Source of the DNA: Hemiscyllium ocellatum | Lineage: Eukaryota | Reading direction: 5' to 3' | NCBI RefSeq assembly: GCF_020745735.1 | Contig: NC_083440.1 | Location: 13,441,138-13,505,137, forward strand | DNA length: 64,000 nt | Shown: positions 1 through 13,344 of the stretch, piece after piece | Position numbering within the stretch: the stretch's first letter is position 1 | Layout: each line of letters begins with the position of its first letter | Translations under genes and position numbers: made by a program | The notes under the pieces: model-generated | Database searches by the model: none | What the model was told of the DNA's origin: nothing | What the model saw: the letters and a program-made list of their open reading frames with translations, nothing else

Positions 1-454
1 AGACTAGTGCTCAGTTCTGGACACTTTACTTAATGAAGGATGTTGGCTGACCATCTGTCAATATTGCTGACTTGTTCCTCCAGAGGTCCAAATCATGTTC
101 TGGAGGCCTTAGTTCGAAACCTTCCGGGGAAAATGGTCGAATTTATTTTTTTTTAATCCAATGAAGATTATTGTCAATTATCAGGAAAAAGGCATTTGGT
201 TCAGTCGTACGTTAAGGCAAGGAAACTGCCATGCTTAACTGATCTGGCATACATATGATATCAGTATCACAACGATGTGATTCACTCCTGAACTGCTCTC
301 TGGGCAATTAAGGGTGAGCAATGAACAGTGCCTAGCTAGTTACAAACTCATCGCGCTAGTGAATAAATGACAGAAAAAGCCATGGAAACAGCTCAAAGGA
401 GATTGACTGGAATGAAACCAGAAATGAATGATTTTAGATACAAGGAGAGACTAG

Positions 455-1625
455 ATGTAGAGCATGGAAATAGATCATTCGATCCAACTTGTCCATGCTG
501 ACCAGATGGCCCCAATTAATCTAATCCAATTTGCTGGCACTTGTCCCATATCCCTCTAAGCCCTTTCTATTCATATGTCCACCGAGATGCATTTTGAACT
601 TTGTAATTGTACCAGCCTCCACTCCCTCTGGCATTCCTTACGAACATCACCATCTATGTGACATAAACATCCTCCTTGGGCCATTTCAAATCTTTCCTCT
701 CTCACTTCAACCCTATATCCTCTGGTGTTTGGAGTTTTCTGTTCGAAGTTGAGCAAAGACCTTGTCTATTTATCCTATCCTAGCCCCACATGATTGCATA
801 CTCTTTTATAAGGTCAGCTCTCAGACTTCGACATTCCAGAGAAAACAGCCCCAGCCAATGCACGCTTTCCATACAACTCGAACCCTCCAAACATGGCAAT
901 ACCCTTATAAATCGTTTCCGAAACTTTTCAAGTTTCACAAAATGTTTCACATAGCAGGGCGAACAGAACTGCACTCCGTATTCCAAAATGCCTTACCAAT
1001 ATCATATACTTTAGCAAAATGACTTCCCAACTCCCAAGCTCAATGCGCCAATAAAAATTAAGCATATCAAACGTATATTAAGGGCATACGTTCTGCACGA
1101 TTTTCCATTCCAAAATGCAACATCTCACATTTATTAAAATAAACTCCATCTGCCACTGCTCAGCCCATTAGTTTATCTGGCCGAAATTTCGTTGTACTCT
1201 GATGTAACCCTTTTTGCTATCGATTACACCCCCATTTTGATGTCGTCTGCAAGCTTACTAACTATATCTTCTTTATTCACATCCAAATCATTAATGTACA
1301 TGACAGAAAGCAGTGTACCAAGCTCTGGTCCTCGTGGTACACCACTGGTCACAGGCCTTCAATCTGAAAAGGAACCCTCCACCACCACTCTTTGTCTTCT
1401 AACTTCGAGTCAGTTCTGTATCCAAATGGCTAGCTTTCACTGATTTCCATGTGACCTAAATTTGCAAACAAGTCTACCATGGGGAACATTGTCAAACACT
1501 TTACTGAAATCCATGTATAACACGTCCACCGCTCTGCCCTCATCGATTCATTTCATTTCTTCTTCAAAAAACTCAAGAAAAGTAGTGAGACATGATTTCC
1601 TATGCCCAAAGCCATGTTAGCTATC
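455..1625 (-). mobile_element. CR1 LINE fragments
   Basis: Reverse-strand RT remnants (ADDIKMG, DFSKVFDNVPH-like) and a 3' tail near 455-500. Confidence 0.8.
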
Positions 1626-1629
1626 AATA

Positions 1630-2338
1630 AACGCGTGAGACATCATTGCTCCCGGTATACTTCCTGGCCTATCAGAAAATATGCACCAAAACTATTGTGT
1701 TTTTAAAAAAGCTCAATTAGAACATCACAAAGCTCCCTATTTCTAATTGGATCTCTGCATTTATGAAGGAAATTTGAGACGATAGTTTTGGCTCCGTGGT
1801 CATTTGGAAGGATATTGTCGCTGCACAATTAAAATGTCCAAAAACACCAGTTCATCAAGTGAAGGAAATCGTAACTGATTGGTACAATTATAATTATGAC
1901 AGATTTAAGTTTGTTTCACATTTTCTCATTGGTATTTCATCACCAAAATCAAAGAAACAGATTGCCTTTTACTTAGTGGTGCGGGGGATGGGAGGTGCTA
2001 CACTATGAAACAGCCTCAAATATGTCAGGCTGACTGAAAGAAAAACTCAATAGTTGCGTGCAAAATTTGGAAAATGAGAGACAATTAAAAAAAAAGGTTC
2101 CTTGAGATATTGTATGTGTTCATGAATTTGGATGCACAATTGTGTTGCAAGATGCCTCAACTCTAAGGAAGATAATATGATTCACAAGGTGACCTCTTAA
2201 AACCTCTGACCGCATGGCCCCTTCAAAGGCATTAATGATGGTTCAGGAGATTGACGAGCTGGATCTGTACAGCTGCGGTATAGACAATGAGGGAATCTAT
2301 CAGCTTGAAGAGGCGCTACATAAATATGAAGTATTCAG
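1630..2338 (+). pseudogene. NLR (NACHT-LRR, NLRC3-like) pseudogene, helical-domain/first-LRR exon
   Basis: Fragments LAYQKICTKTIVF, SAFMKEI*DDSFGSVV, DRFKFVSHFLIGISSP, FLEILY/VHEF, PLKTSDRMAPSKALMMVQEIDELDLYSCGIDNEGIYQLEEALHK; ends TTC AG|gt. Several stops and frameshifts; the upstream part is replaced by a CR1 fragment. Confidence 0.8.
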
Positions 2339-3039
2339 GTCATGCAACCCAATGTTCAATAACATTATTACATTATTATGTGACATTATGTGAGGTTAAT
2401 ATCATTAATATCATAGAGTTATCTTCGCTGAAAATGCAACAATATTTAGAAGTTGGCCATATGTGATGCCAAGTCGTAACAAACTGTGGGTCAGCGCTGA
2501 GAAATGTGATGAGAATAATCAGGGAATCGCTTTTGATTTTGTTTAATTCATAAACTTTGTGATTAGAAAATAATTTCTGTGACATATCATGAATAGATTG
2601 TGATTGTGTTGTTGGTCTTGTTTGAATAGTAATAGGAATGGGAATGCACCATTCAGCCCCTCCGGCCTATTCCGCTATTCAATAGCCCAATCCATGCCAT
2701 AATTTTTAAAAATCCTTTCTCGACAAAGTTTGTCTGTCTCAGCTTTAAAATTAACCACCACTCCAACATTCTGAATCGTTTGAGGAAGAGATTTCCAAAC
2801 ATCTGTTCACCTCTCGCATGTAGGTGTGAAACGTTTCTCCTGAATGCTCACTAAACTGTGGCCCATGAACACTGCTGATGAGCAGCAAGACCTCTCATAG
2901 CCAGCCATGGGAAAACTCAATTTAAAACGTTCATTCATACCATAACCAGCCAATCAGGATTGGATTCTCTTCCCTCACACTCTCCAGATTAATTGTGCAG
3001 GTTCTTTTCTCCTTTCAATGTCATTCGCGTTGTTGACCA

Positions 3040-4005
3040 GTCTGCTTTGAAGCACATGGTGCAACTCATTTATTAAAAGCTGCAGCAAAACCTAGCTCCA
3101 GACATTAGAACTGCAATCAGATTAAAGACTGTAGCCTCTGAGCGTCAGCAATATCCTCATACCAAAACAAATGGATGCAAGCCATAAAATTACACTTAAA
3201 TTACACTGCATTTGTTTATGTCCTTCCTGGATTACCATACCACCAATCACGAAACAGATCTGTAAACATTTCCCATCTGACTCACTTCTCCCAGTGACTT
3301 ATTAGCTGTTTATATTCTTTCCTGGTCTCAACATGAATAAACTGGGTGATTCGGAATGACAGCTTCAGTGAGCAGCTTACTCTACGTATCCTCGTTTTGG
3401 GCCCCACTCTATTCTTCAACGATCTTTTTATGATTAATATGTTAATATATTATTACAGCTTAATGCTCATTGATCAACATTTCCGGAAGGAGTTACGCCA
3501 AATGCCGTAATTTTACTATATGGGCAGCATAAGAGTGAGGTCCATGATGTATGGAGATTGATATTGACAGTAACAGTGAGGTCAGTGAGGTATCCGATTG
3601 GACAGTGACAATAAGAGGGAAGGCAGTAACGTATCGGGATGGATATTGTTAATTTGAGTGTCTGCACTCAAGATAATTTCTGCATTATATGGAGGTGCTG
3701 ATTTGATGATGGATGTGGGTCAGTCTGAAGAGAAGGTTTGGTTGTGATTTTAATAGTTGAGACGTTTGTAGGGTGGGTCTGTTATTTCGATGAGCTACAT
3801 TGGTTTGGGAATTTACATCGTGCAATGTGTTTTTATTCAACTTAAATGATTACCTAAATTTGCTTATTTTTTACTGCATATGCATAAAGTGAATCTACTT
3901 ACAGTGTGGACACACTGAATTCCTTTACTCTTATATTACGCAGGTGCAAGCTGCACAGACAGTGACATGGTCATATTATCACTCAGCTACATTTGTGATC
4001 ACGAG
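3040..4005 (+). pseudogene. Decayed LRR exon remnants of the NLR gene
   Basis: GATHLLKAAAKP/QTLELQS (~3060-3115), GLNMNKLGDS (3324-3353), LILRRCKL/TDSDMVILS...HE|gtaaat (3930-4005), with frameshifts. Confidence 0.55.
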
Positions 4006-4708
4006 GTAAATATTCTGTGGGTGTCGATTTGATTCCACCATGGCAGATACTGAAAGTCAAATTCTATTCCGATCTGGAATTCAAATGCTCATCCAAGTGT
4101 CTTTTGGTGGAAACCTATCTTCCTCACTGTGTCCTATTTCCTCAGGAAACGCAGTATATTCTCCTCCCGTGGTCCTTAATGTGTCTCCAGGTCCGTGGCA
4201 ATTGGGAATGGGGGATAAATGCTGAACTCAGCAGAAATGTACACATTAAGTACATCAGAAGATTCACATTTCAATCAGTGAGTGAAATTTTCTTCTTAAA
4301 AGAGTGCAACTCCTACCCTACGGTGCAGAAGAACAGCTCTCATGTGTATTTTCACATTTGGAATAAACTGTCTCAATTCAGCGTCGACTGAAATATATTG
4401 TGCCTTCAGAATAGGGCTGGATGTATTTGAGTGGTACAGTGTTATTGATGGCAGATTCCAGATTCGGATTATGTTATTTATTTGTTATATATGAGCAGCA
4501 ACACTTCTTTATGACAGGGGTAAACCTTTTTTATTGTAATTAGTTTGTTCATTTACAGAAACTTGGAAATCAGCAACAAAGGTGAATAATGTTGTAACCT
4601 CGATCTTTTGAAGGAGCTTCCACACAGCGTAAGGCAGCGTCTCTGGGAATGCATCAGCTCAGAGTTTCAAACGAGGAGCTTGTCATCTGTCTGAAGGGAC
4701 AGATCACC

Positions 4709-4787
4709 AGGCATGGAAAAATGTTTCAAACAATTGAACAAGTGAAGAAAGAGTTCTACACTGTTCTTGTTTTTATTGGAGTTCCTG
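4709..4787 (+). pseudogene. Exon 1 of GPR139-like GPCR pseudogene A
   Basis: (R)HGKMFQTIEQVKKEFYTVLVFIGVP(G): start codon reads AGG and the donor reads AT instead of GT; matches the N-terminus/TM1 start of this GPCR family. Confidence 0.6.
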
Positions 4788-6433
4788 ATGTGGATTTATG
4801 AAAATTGATGTTGTTTCAATCTGCTACTGATCTGATTTTTGGGAGTTTCTTTTGAACAATGACGTCTCCAGCTTACTGACTAGTCAGCCTTAACAAGACA
4901 CCAGAACAGTGACAGCAATTCACTGAGCAGTATTCTCGACACAATTCTTCAGTGGAAGACACTCCAAACTTCACTGCTACTGCAGCATTCTCTGACATCA
5001 GTGCTCTGTCATTTGTTTCAGTTTCATTTGGTTTCAAGGTATTTAGTATTAGTTCAGAGGAACGGTCACAATATGCAAAACATTAATTCTGCTTTGCATC
5101 CCACAGATGCTATCAGACCTGCTGTGGGATATCTGTTTTTGTTACATAAATGAGGCCCGTTCTTACAAGAATTTAGAAGGTAAAAAGGGGATCTAAGCAA
5201 AGTCCGACAAGATATAAACAGGAAAAGAGTAATTCGATTCATTGGTTGGGGACTGAGGGAGGATAGCCTGAGAATGACGCCCAGGTCATTGAGGAGAGAT
5301 GTTAGCAAGAATTTCTACACACAGTCTGGGAGAGACTTGGAAGTCTCTTTTACAAACAGTAATGTATACAAGAAAAGTTGTTAACTTTAAATATACGTTA
5401 GCATTTTTTTGATGAGCAAACAAACTGAGGGATATACGCTCCATTTTGCATTGTGAAGCATCATTCAAGTACCATCCCTTCTGGAATTTCTTATCCTCTA
5501 CACCGTCACTGGCCAGTGAATTCAAATCTTGACAGATTGCTTCCTGATCCTTGTGCGTTGAGATGTTTTCAATGGACTGATGTATAGAAATACACAGTAT
5601 ACGTATCACTGCAGTCCGAACACACAGGTGTTATCACGACGGGATCACTGTATGCTGTTATACTGCATTTGTGTAAAGCAATGGAGTAGTTTTGTTTCAA
5701 ATCTTACACAGGTTCTGGTGATCTGTTTCCTGGTTCTGTTGTTCCTCCAAACAGGATTTGTTCCAACGTCAAGAGCAGGAGATGAACCGAACAATGGAGA
5801 AGGGAAGAGTTTGGTTTTTCAGCAGTCCAATCATCAATCTGTGACTGGTTGGTACTGAGGTTTCTAATGGGCTTCTGCCATAGTTGGAGCTGAGAACTGT
5901 AAGAATCTTTTGCACTCATTCAGATAGTCACCGTGCAGCCAAACAGAATCACAAACTTTCTTCTGCTCTCCGAGGCTGGGCCACCAGCCCAGTCTCTTAC
6001 CACACTCCATCATCTCTGGAGTGATTGGACTGGAGTTCAATCTGCGATGGGTGTGGAAATATGGCAGTTTAATGTCACTGGACACCAATCATATCTAACC
6101 ACAGAGTGCTGAAATCAACCAGGCGAAAGTCAGAATTGCAAATGCTACAGATCATAGTCGTGAGTGTGGTTTTGGACAAGCACAGTAGGTCAGGCAACAT
6201 CCGATGTTTCAGGCAAAAGCCATTCTTCAAGAATGGCTGATGGTGAAGGATTTATGCCCGAAATGTCGATTCTCCTGCTCCTCGAATGTTGCATGACCTG
6301 CTGTGCTTTTCCAGCATCACATTCTCAATTACTCACACCGTGCTCTAATTTTCGTTGATGAGATCATATTTCTGCCATCTGGACAATTTCCACTTAGAAA
6401 TTCACTCCATATTTTCCTGTTTGACTAGCACAG

Positions 6434-7540
6434 TTAATTTGCTGCCGATTGTTATACTTTCCCAGGGAAAGTGCAGTGATTCTTCTTGGGCTATTCACTA
6501 CCTGATGTTTATTGCAGATCCGGATCTGATGGTCATTATCACTGATGTAATTCTGAGGAACTTCCCTATTATTATCTCCCACTGTGTTTCCTGGACATCA
6601 CTCTTGTATGTAGTATTACGGAAATCCTGTATTGCGTAACCAGGAATTGCTGTGCCTCTTGCCACATCACTTCTTCCTTTGACTGATTTGTGACCATTTA
6701 TTTCCAGAAGTTGAAAAAGAAATACTGCAAAAAGAAAACTGTGACTGTTGTTCTAGCAATAGCCTGCATTCTGTTCTGGTTGAAAAGCATCTCCTTCTAT
6801 TTTTTAATGTGAACCTTCGTGAAAAACCAACAATGTTCCCTTCAATTTTTAAAGAAAAACCGAGCCTCTTTATCGAGACTTGGTGGGAGCTATTAGATTG
6901 GCATGACACGGTTTTGAACCCTGTACTGCCATTCGCTTTAATTCGGTTGCACAATGTTTTGACAGTCAGACATATTTTAGTGACCAGTCGAGGCCAGAAG
7001 AGGCTGAATGGTCAAAGCAAAGGAGAGAATCACGGAGATCCAGAGATAGGACGCAGAAGGAAGTCTGTGCTTATGCACTTCACCATCTTTAGAAGCTTCA
7101 TCTTTCCTGGTCAACCTTTGTTGTGCATTTCAAAAATCATGTTCAAGGAAGCCATGCTGACAATTATTCAAATTTTATACATAACTTTAGTATAGTTGAT
7201 TACATACTGCAGATCGTAAGTGGTTGTACAATCACAAATGAGCTGCCAGAGTATGTGGTGGAGGCTGGTGCAATTGCAACAGTTAAGAAGCATCTGGATG
7301 GGTATATGAATAGGAAGGGTTTGGAGGGATATGGGCCGGGTGCTGGCAGGTGGGACTAGATTGAGTTGGGATATCTGGTCGGCATGGACACGTTGGACTG
7401 AAGGGTCTGTTTCCATGCTGTACATCTCTATGACTGTATTTACTTAAGCAGTAACACTGTCGAGGTTCAGAGCGAAGATCAGTAACACAGCGAAACATCT
7501 AGTTACATGGATTCCTTACGTTATGAATAAATAAAACTCC
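6434..7540 (+). pseudogene. GPR139-like rhodopsin-family GPCR pseudogene A, exon 2
   Basis: cacag|VNLLPIVILSQGKC...YLMFIADPDLMVIITDVIL..., VLNPVLPFALIRLHNVLTVRHILVTSR...GENHGDPEIGRRRKSVLMHFTI; frameshifted and interrupted by a CR1 tail. Confidence 0.85.
7220..7435 (+). mobile_element. CR1 3'-tail fragment inserted into GPCR pseudogene A
   Basis: Typical tail ...GGTCGGCATGGACACGTTGGACTGAAGGGTCTGTTTCCATGCTGTACATCTCTATGAC; GPCR-like sequence on both sides. Confidence 0.85.
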
Positions 7541-8841
7541 ACTGAGAAGCCCACAGGAGCATCCCCTTGTTTCCAGGTGTTGAATTATTTTTATTTACTC
7601 ATGGGACGTGCGCGTCGCTGGCTGGTCAGCATTTATTATCCATCCCATGTTACCCGTTGAGAAGGTGCTGGTGAGCTGTCTTTTTGAAGCAATATATTCC
7701 ATGTGCTGTGGCTGGTGTCGTTAGGGAAGGACTTGCAGGATTTTGACTGGCTTCAGTGAAGGAACAACGACATACTTACATGGCAGAGTGATGAACGGCT
7801 TCACGGGGAACTTGTAGACGATACTGTTCCCAAATATCTGCTGCCCTGGCCTTTCTAGATGGAAGTGGTCATGGGTTTGGAAGTTGCTGTCTGACGAAGT
7901 TTGGTGAATTCCTGTAGTGCATCTTGGAGGTGGTACACACTGCTGCTACTGATCCTCAGTGGTGGAGGGAGTGGATGTATGTGGATGCGGTGCCAATCAA
8001 GTGGGCTGCTTCTTCTTGGATTGTATCAAGTCTGTTGACTGTTTGTTAGAGCTGCACCCATTCATGCAAACCGGGAGTATTCCATCACATCCTGACAGAG
8101 AGTCCTTATCCCAGTGCAGGCAGAGAATTTAGCTGGGAACCGTTGTATTTCTCATCGGTACACAATCCAAAGATATTTTGTGGTGGATTGGAATTTCCTA
8201 CTCAGATTTCTATCAGATTTGAGTTATCAGTGCACCTCCACGAAGATCAATTCCTTTGGAATGTTCTGATGAAATTAAATAGAATAGTTAATCCAAAATT
8301 GATGGCCTATTAAATAAATGGTTTCATTGCTCAGTAAAAAGGCACCAGATACCATATTAATGTCATAAACAACCAGCTATGAACTGTTTTGATGTGAGAC
8401 TTTGTGGCAGGTGATTACACGACATTATTAGAACTCAGCAAACAAACGTGAATTAATGCTGCATCATCGTTTCAGTTCAGAGAGGAGTTCAGTTGCACAG
8501 GAAAATATTTAATTACAATTAGTTTTGCGTTTCGAATAAATTAAACTTTTGTATGATAACTAGTGGCTGAGCTCCCAACTTTACAGCATCGCATTTTCTA
8601 ATTGTAATGGGATGCTGTTCCAAAGCAGTCCACACAGAAAAGTACTGTCCAGGGGTGCCGAGTCAAAATAGCACAATGGCCCTTCCTTCTGTTGAAAGTG
8701 CTAAAATGTCACACTTTGCTGGCCACCCCTCACCATTGAACATGAGGTGATGGAGAATGAAAATCATAAAGGATTTAGTCAGTGAGGGAGGGAGGGACGA
8801 CAGAAACTCAGAACCCAAACAAACTGACATCAACATGAACA

Positions 8842-8842
<1 letters not shown>

Positions 8843-8898
<56 letters not shown>
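8843..8898. repeat. (CA)n microsatellite
   Basis: Uninterrupted CA run of about 28 units. Confidence 0.98.
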
Positions 8899-8900
<2 letters not shown>

Positions 8901-11161
8901 GTGCACAGTTTTGAAACTGTACTGAGGTACTTCAGTACGCAACACACTCAGTGGAAAATTATTGTTGTACCTCTGCAATGTAGAAATTATTTGTCTTTGA
9001 GTGGTATTTCTGACATTATACACATTCAATAGAGCATTTCCACTGCAATTGTATCCAGATATCCCTGAGTGAGAAAAGTGCGAAAAAAGGATTAATTTTA
9101 TAATACATTCTGCAGCTTGTAATGTTTTCTGATGAGGTCTCACATAGTCTGTGAGAAACGATACAAAGGTGGAGGGGTGGGGCCACCTGTCATATGAAGG
9201 GACAGCAAATGTTAAGTTGCAGCAAATACAATTTTGCAACATGGGAGACAAACTTGGCTTTCACACAGAATTGTTAATCTCCAAAAAAATCCATCAAAGT
9301 TTCAGAGAGTATTTTCAGCTCAAACTTTCTCACAGAGCAATTATCAGAAGAAGGGCATTTATCATGCAAGATCAACAGAACGAACTTTGGAGATAAAGCA
9401 TAGATAACATAGACAGGGCAAACTTGGAGAAGCTGAATTTTACTTTATTCCTTTCTTATTAAGCAGGGTTTTCCAAACGGAAATTGTGTTTATTGAACAG
9501 CATTCATTACAGTAGGATTTAGTTCAGTTGGGGAATAGTTAGTATTTAGGGGGAAATTGTGTGGTTTGACGGTAATTCTGGTAAATTGGTTACTGTTAAA
9601 TATTGAATAAATGCATTGGTATTTGTTAATACTAAGTGGAGTTTCTTTTCCTTTTAACTTTTAGAGGATGCGAGGGGTGAGGCGAATTTCTCTGGATGTT
9701 TTCGATTTTATTATTCGAAGGGAAGTTCGACTGTCATCATAACCGTTTGGGGTTTGTCTATCAGATAATTATGGGAGAGGTAAGAGCATGTCAACCTTCG
9801 AGACGGTGCCCATTTCCCTTTGTACACTCCGCAAAAACACTTCACCCCATTCTGTCTCCCCTTCCAAAGTTATGCCCTACTCTAATTATTTTCCTTACCC
9901 CAAAAATTACCTCACGAAATGTGCTTCACACGACCCCCCAAATACACAAATTTTACTGCTATCGTTGTACTGTTGTGCTACACTCCCTGGGGCTGAGGTA
10001 TTTAAATCTGTGTGGATTGAATGACCTGTGACTGACCTGGTCAGTGTGCAGCAAGCAAATGCTCATTGAATCCTCTTCTTGTGGAGACAACTCCTCCACT
10101 ATGTCTCACACTCTGCCTCTCCCCCTCACCCCCTCGACCGATCTCTCAGTTGGGAGCAGTACGGTGTATCAGTGGTTAGATTTATACCTCACAACTTCAG
10201 TGAACTGGGTTTGATTTCATCCAAGTTCTGTGCAGCGTTTGCAGCTTCTCCACATGGCAGTGTGTGTTTTATTCAGGTGCTTTGGTTTCCTACACTGTCA
10301 AAAGCTTTGCAGATTAGGTTAATTGGCAGTGCCAAATTATCCCGTATTGTCTCAAGAAAAGTAGGTTCGGTGTGTTAGTCTTTGGATGCTCTTCAGGGGG
10401 TCGTTGTAGACTTGTAGGAATGAGTGGCTTTTTCCACACAGTAGGAATTTTAGGAATACAGCCCGTCCCTCTCAGGGAGTGCTGCACTATTTGAAGGTCA
10501 GTGATGAGGGAATGTTGCACTGACAGAGGCTCGTTTCTGCCAGGGATTGCACTGTCAGAACGTCATTATCAAGGGAGTGCTGCAAAGGATTAGTACCGTG
10601 GGTGGGATGAATTGCGAGAAGGTCAGCACTGTGGGTGTGCTGCACTGATAATGTTTAGGGAGTTTTGTTGCATTTGAATATGGACTGTGTCAGTATATGA
10701 GGAGTGGCACATTGGTGATGGATATTGCACATTATTGTTAATCATCCCCATCTCGGAAAGTTTGAAGGAACGAAGGTCGTTGATGAAGCAGCTAAAGACG
10801 GTTGATCTCATGACTTAACCCTGAGGAACTCCTGCAGCGATGTCCTGAAGCTGGCATGACTAAACCCTAAAAGCCACAGTCACATTTCTGTTTGCCAAAC
10901 TTGCCTACTGTCTACTGTTTGCGTTGTTTGATATGGAATTAATCACGTTCAGCAGCGTAACAGGTGGTCAACATAAGTTTCTGCATGTTGCTGGTATGAT
11001 GTCCTTTTTTTTTAACCAGGGTTTCATCTCCTGGAAACACAGCTCTTAGCTGTTTCCACCAAATCTTGGGCATAAGTTTTTAAACTCTCGAGCAGAATAA
11101 TCTCTCTCTTAGAAAGTCTTATCTATATTTAAAACATGCACCCATCTATCTAAAGGACTAC

Positions 11162-13290
11162 TGTTATGGACTAGGGCAGACCAATCACAATATTCTTAAG
11201 CAGGCAGCCCAGACTATAACTTTCCAATTTGTTTCGGTAAGTGCATAGTGAAAATTACCCGGATTAAGTTAGCTACGTTGACTACTAGACTTTAAAAGAC
11301 AAAATGTATTCACAAAAATACACAGTGAAACACAAAGAACAGTATAAATAACTCTTACAGAGCCCAGTCTATCCAAACTACACTTAATTATGCTGTACTG
11401 AATATACGCAACAATCCCAATAAGCAAACTCCTTTTAAAAACCAGAATAAATGGAGCACATGCTTACAGTTTGAAGTTGAATGGCAGAATGAGAGGCAGA
11501 GTGAGTTACCACACAGCTCACTGTTGAACCCCTCACCAGTTCAAGACTGCACTAAACTGCTCACCCAGAGAGCTGATCACTCCCATTTCATGGAACCGGT
11601 CACATCTAAAACATAACCTCTTTGGCCTGAAGTCTCATCAATTTTACATATTCGCAAAAGGCCTCTCAAAGTCTTTTTCATCTCTGTACCAAACTAGACT
11701 GATCAGAGCCCGGACTGATGGATGACCCCTCTAAAAAAAAATCAAGAAAAGAGTATCCTTAGCCAAAGAACAGATTTTAGAAAAAAAGGGACTAGATTGA
11801 TTAAATCTCTGCCCTTATAAAAATGAACCATCAGTACCATTTTTAACCCATCAAAAATGGTTCGTAGTCTAAACAAACATATACACTGCAATGGCTATAA
11901 ACATGTGAATATGCACAACCGCAAGCAAATTCAGGCCGTTGAACACCCACCACTAAATGCCTCCATATCTTATTCCAGTCTTGATAATGCATCGGAAATC
12001 ATGTTTCACAACCTGCCACAAGCACAATTCTCAAATTGAATTACAGCAACAACAAGCTCCATAAAAACATTTTTGTCCTTAAATTTTTTCCACAAATGTC
12101 AATCGGTTGTAATCAGTGTATACCTTTGTCTCAGATGCGTTGCTGGTAATATAAACACTGAAATGTTGTAATGCCAGCGTCAAGCTTACAGTCACTTTCT
12201 CCACCGTTGACTATTTTTGTTGATGAACGCTCAACTTCCGGAAAAAAAAATACTTTCTAAGTCTTTCTATTCCCTCGTCATCTTGCTGCAGGAGCAACGC
12301 AGCAACACCCACATCACTAGCATCGATAGCCACCTCGAAAAGCTTCGTGTTATCCGGCGTGGTTATTACTGGAGAAGTGGTAAACTCAGATTTAAGGCTG
12401 TCAAATGACTTGTGACAATCTGCTGTCCACTGAACCGTCTTAATTTTTTTCAACAATTTGCTGAGTGAGCAGCAACACTGCTAATGTTGAGCACAAACTT
12501 TCAGTAAAATCCACTCAACCCCAGGAACCGTAGTCCTGCTTACATTTGGGGAATCAGGAAAAGACCTTATTAGTAAGTTCCTGACATGTGACTGGAGCGT
12601 TTTTCATACCAAATGGCTTGACTTTGAACTGACATAGACCATTTGGTGTTACGAAATTGCCTTTGCTGACTCGGACAGAGATACTCGTCAGTAGCTTTTG
12701 AGCAAATCCAGCTTAGAAATATAACTTGCTTGTCTCACTTTTTCGAAGCAGTCCTCCAGACGTGGAATTCGATATGCGTTAGACTTTGTAACAGCGTTGG
12801 CTTTGCGATAGTTCACAGATAACCGTTAGATTTTGGAAATTTGGGGCTTAATGTAAACTGATTAAAAAAGACAAATTTGTTTTTGTATATAGTCAACACA
12901 TCGCTTATCTGTTTCAACACAATGTTATACTGATAACTTATTCTGGATTATCCATGGCTCTCTACGTCCTTGATAGCTTTTCAACTCACTTAAAAGAACA
13001 GTACTCCTACATCTTCACAACAGTTGCTCTGATCAATTTTCCAAATGCTTGCGTATTCTATATCCACCAACCACCATTCCTTGTACTTGGCATGATGTTG
13101 TCAAAATAATTAATTCAAACTCGATGGAGTTTTAGCAAACTGAGCATAATTTAGATAACTCTGCAAAAGCCAGAATTTGGCAGTTTGGAAACAGTTTGAA
13201 GACAAGATGACATTCCAACGTAAGCATTGACTGTTGTGAATCCCTTTACTTCTCTTTGCGATTGATTCTTCTGCCTGTCAGACCCTGATA
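11162..13290 (-). mobile_element. Truncated Gypsy/Ty3 LTR retrotransposon
   Basis: LTR-like end starting TGTTATGG at 11162; RT/RNase H remnants WTADCHKSFDSLK...AIDASDVGVAALLLQQDDEGIE (12211-12456) and GLCQFKVKPFGMKNAP (~12600-12650); many lesions. Confidence 0.8.
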
Positions 13291-13344
13291 ACAAGAATTT
13301 GTGACCATTAGTTGTCCATCTCTTTTTCCTTCTCTCTCTTATAG

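Noticed and set aside
5286-5609. Minus-strand ORF with V-set-like words (NANVYLKL...IHYC)
   Set aside because: No N-terminal Cys, no WYxQ motif and no RSS; the motifs are in different frames.
9340-9480. MQDQQNELWR as TRPV6-like, or as exon 1 of GPCR B
   Set aside because: Too short, followed by a stop, and no donor found; neither assignment can be supported.
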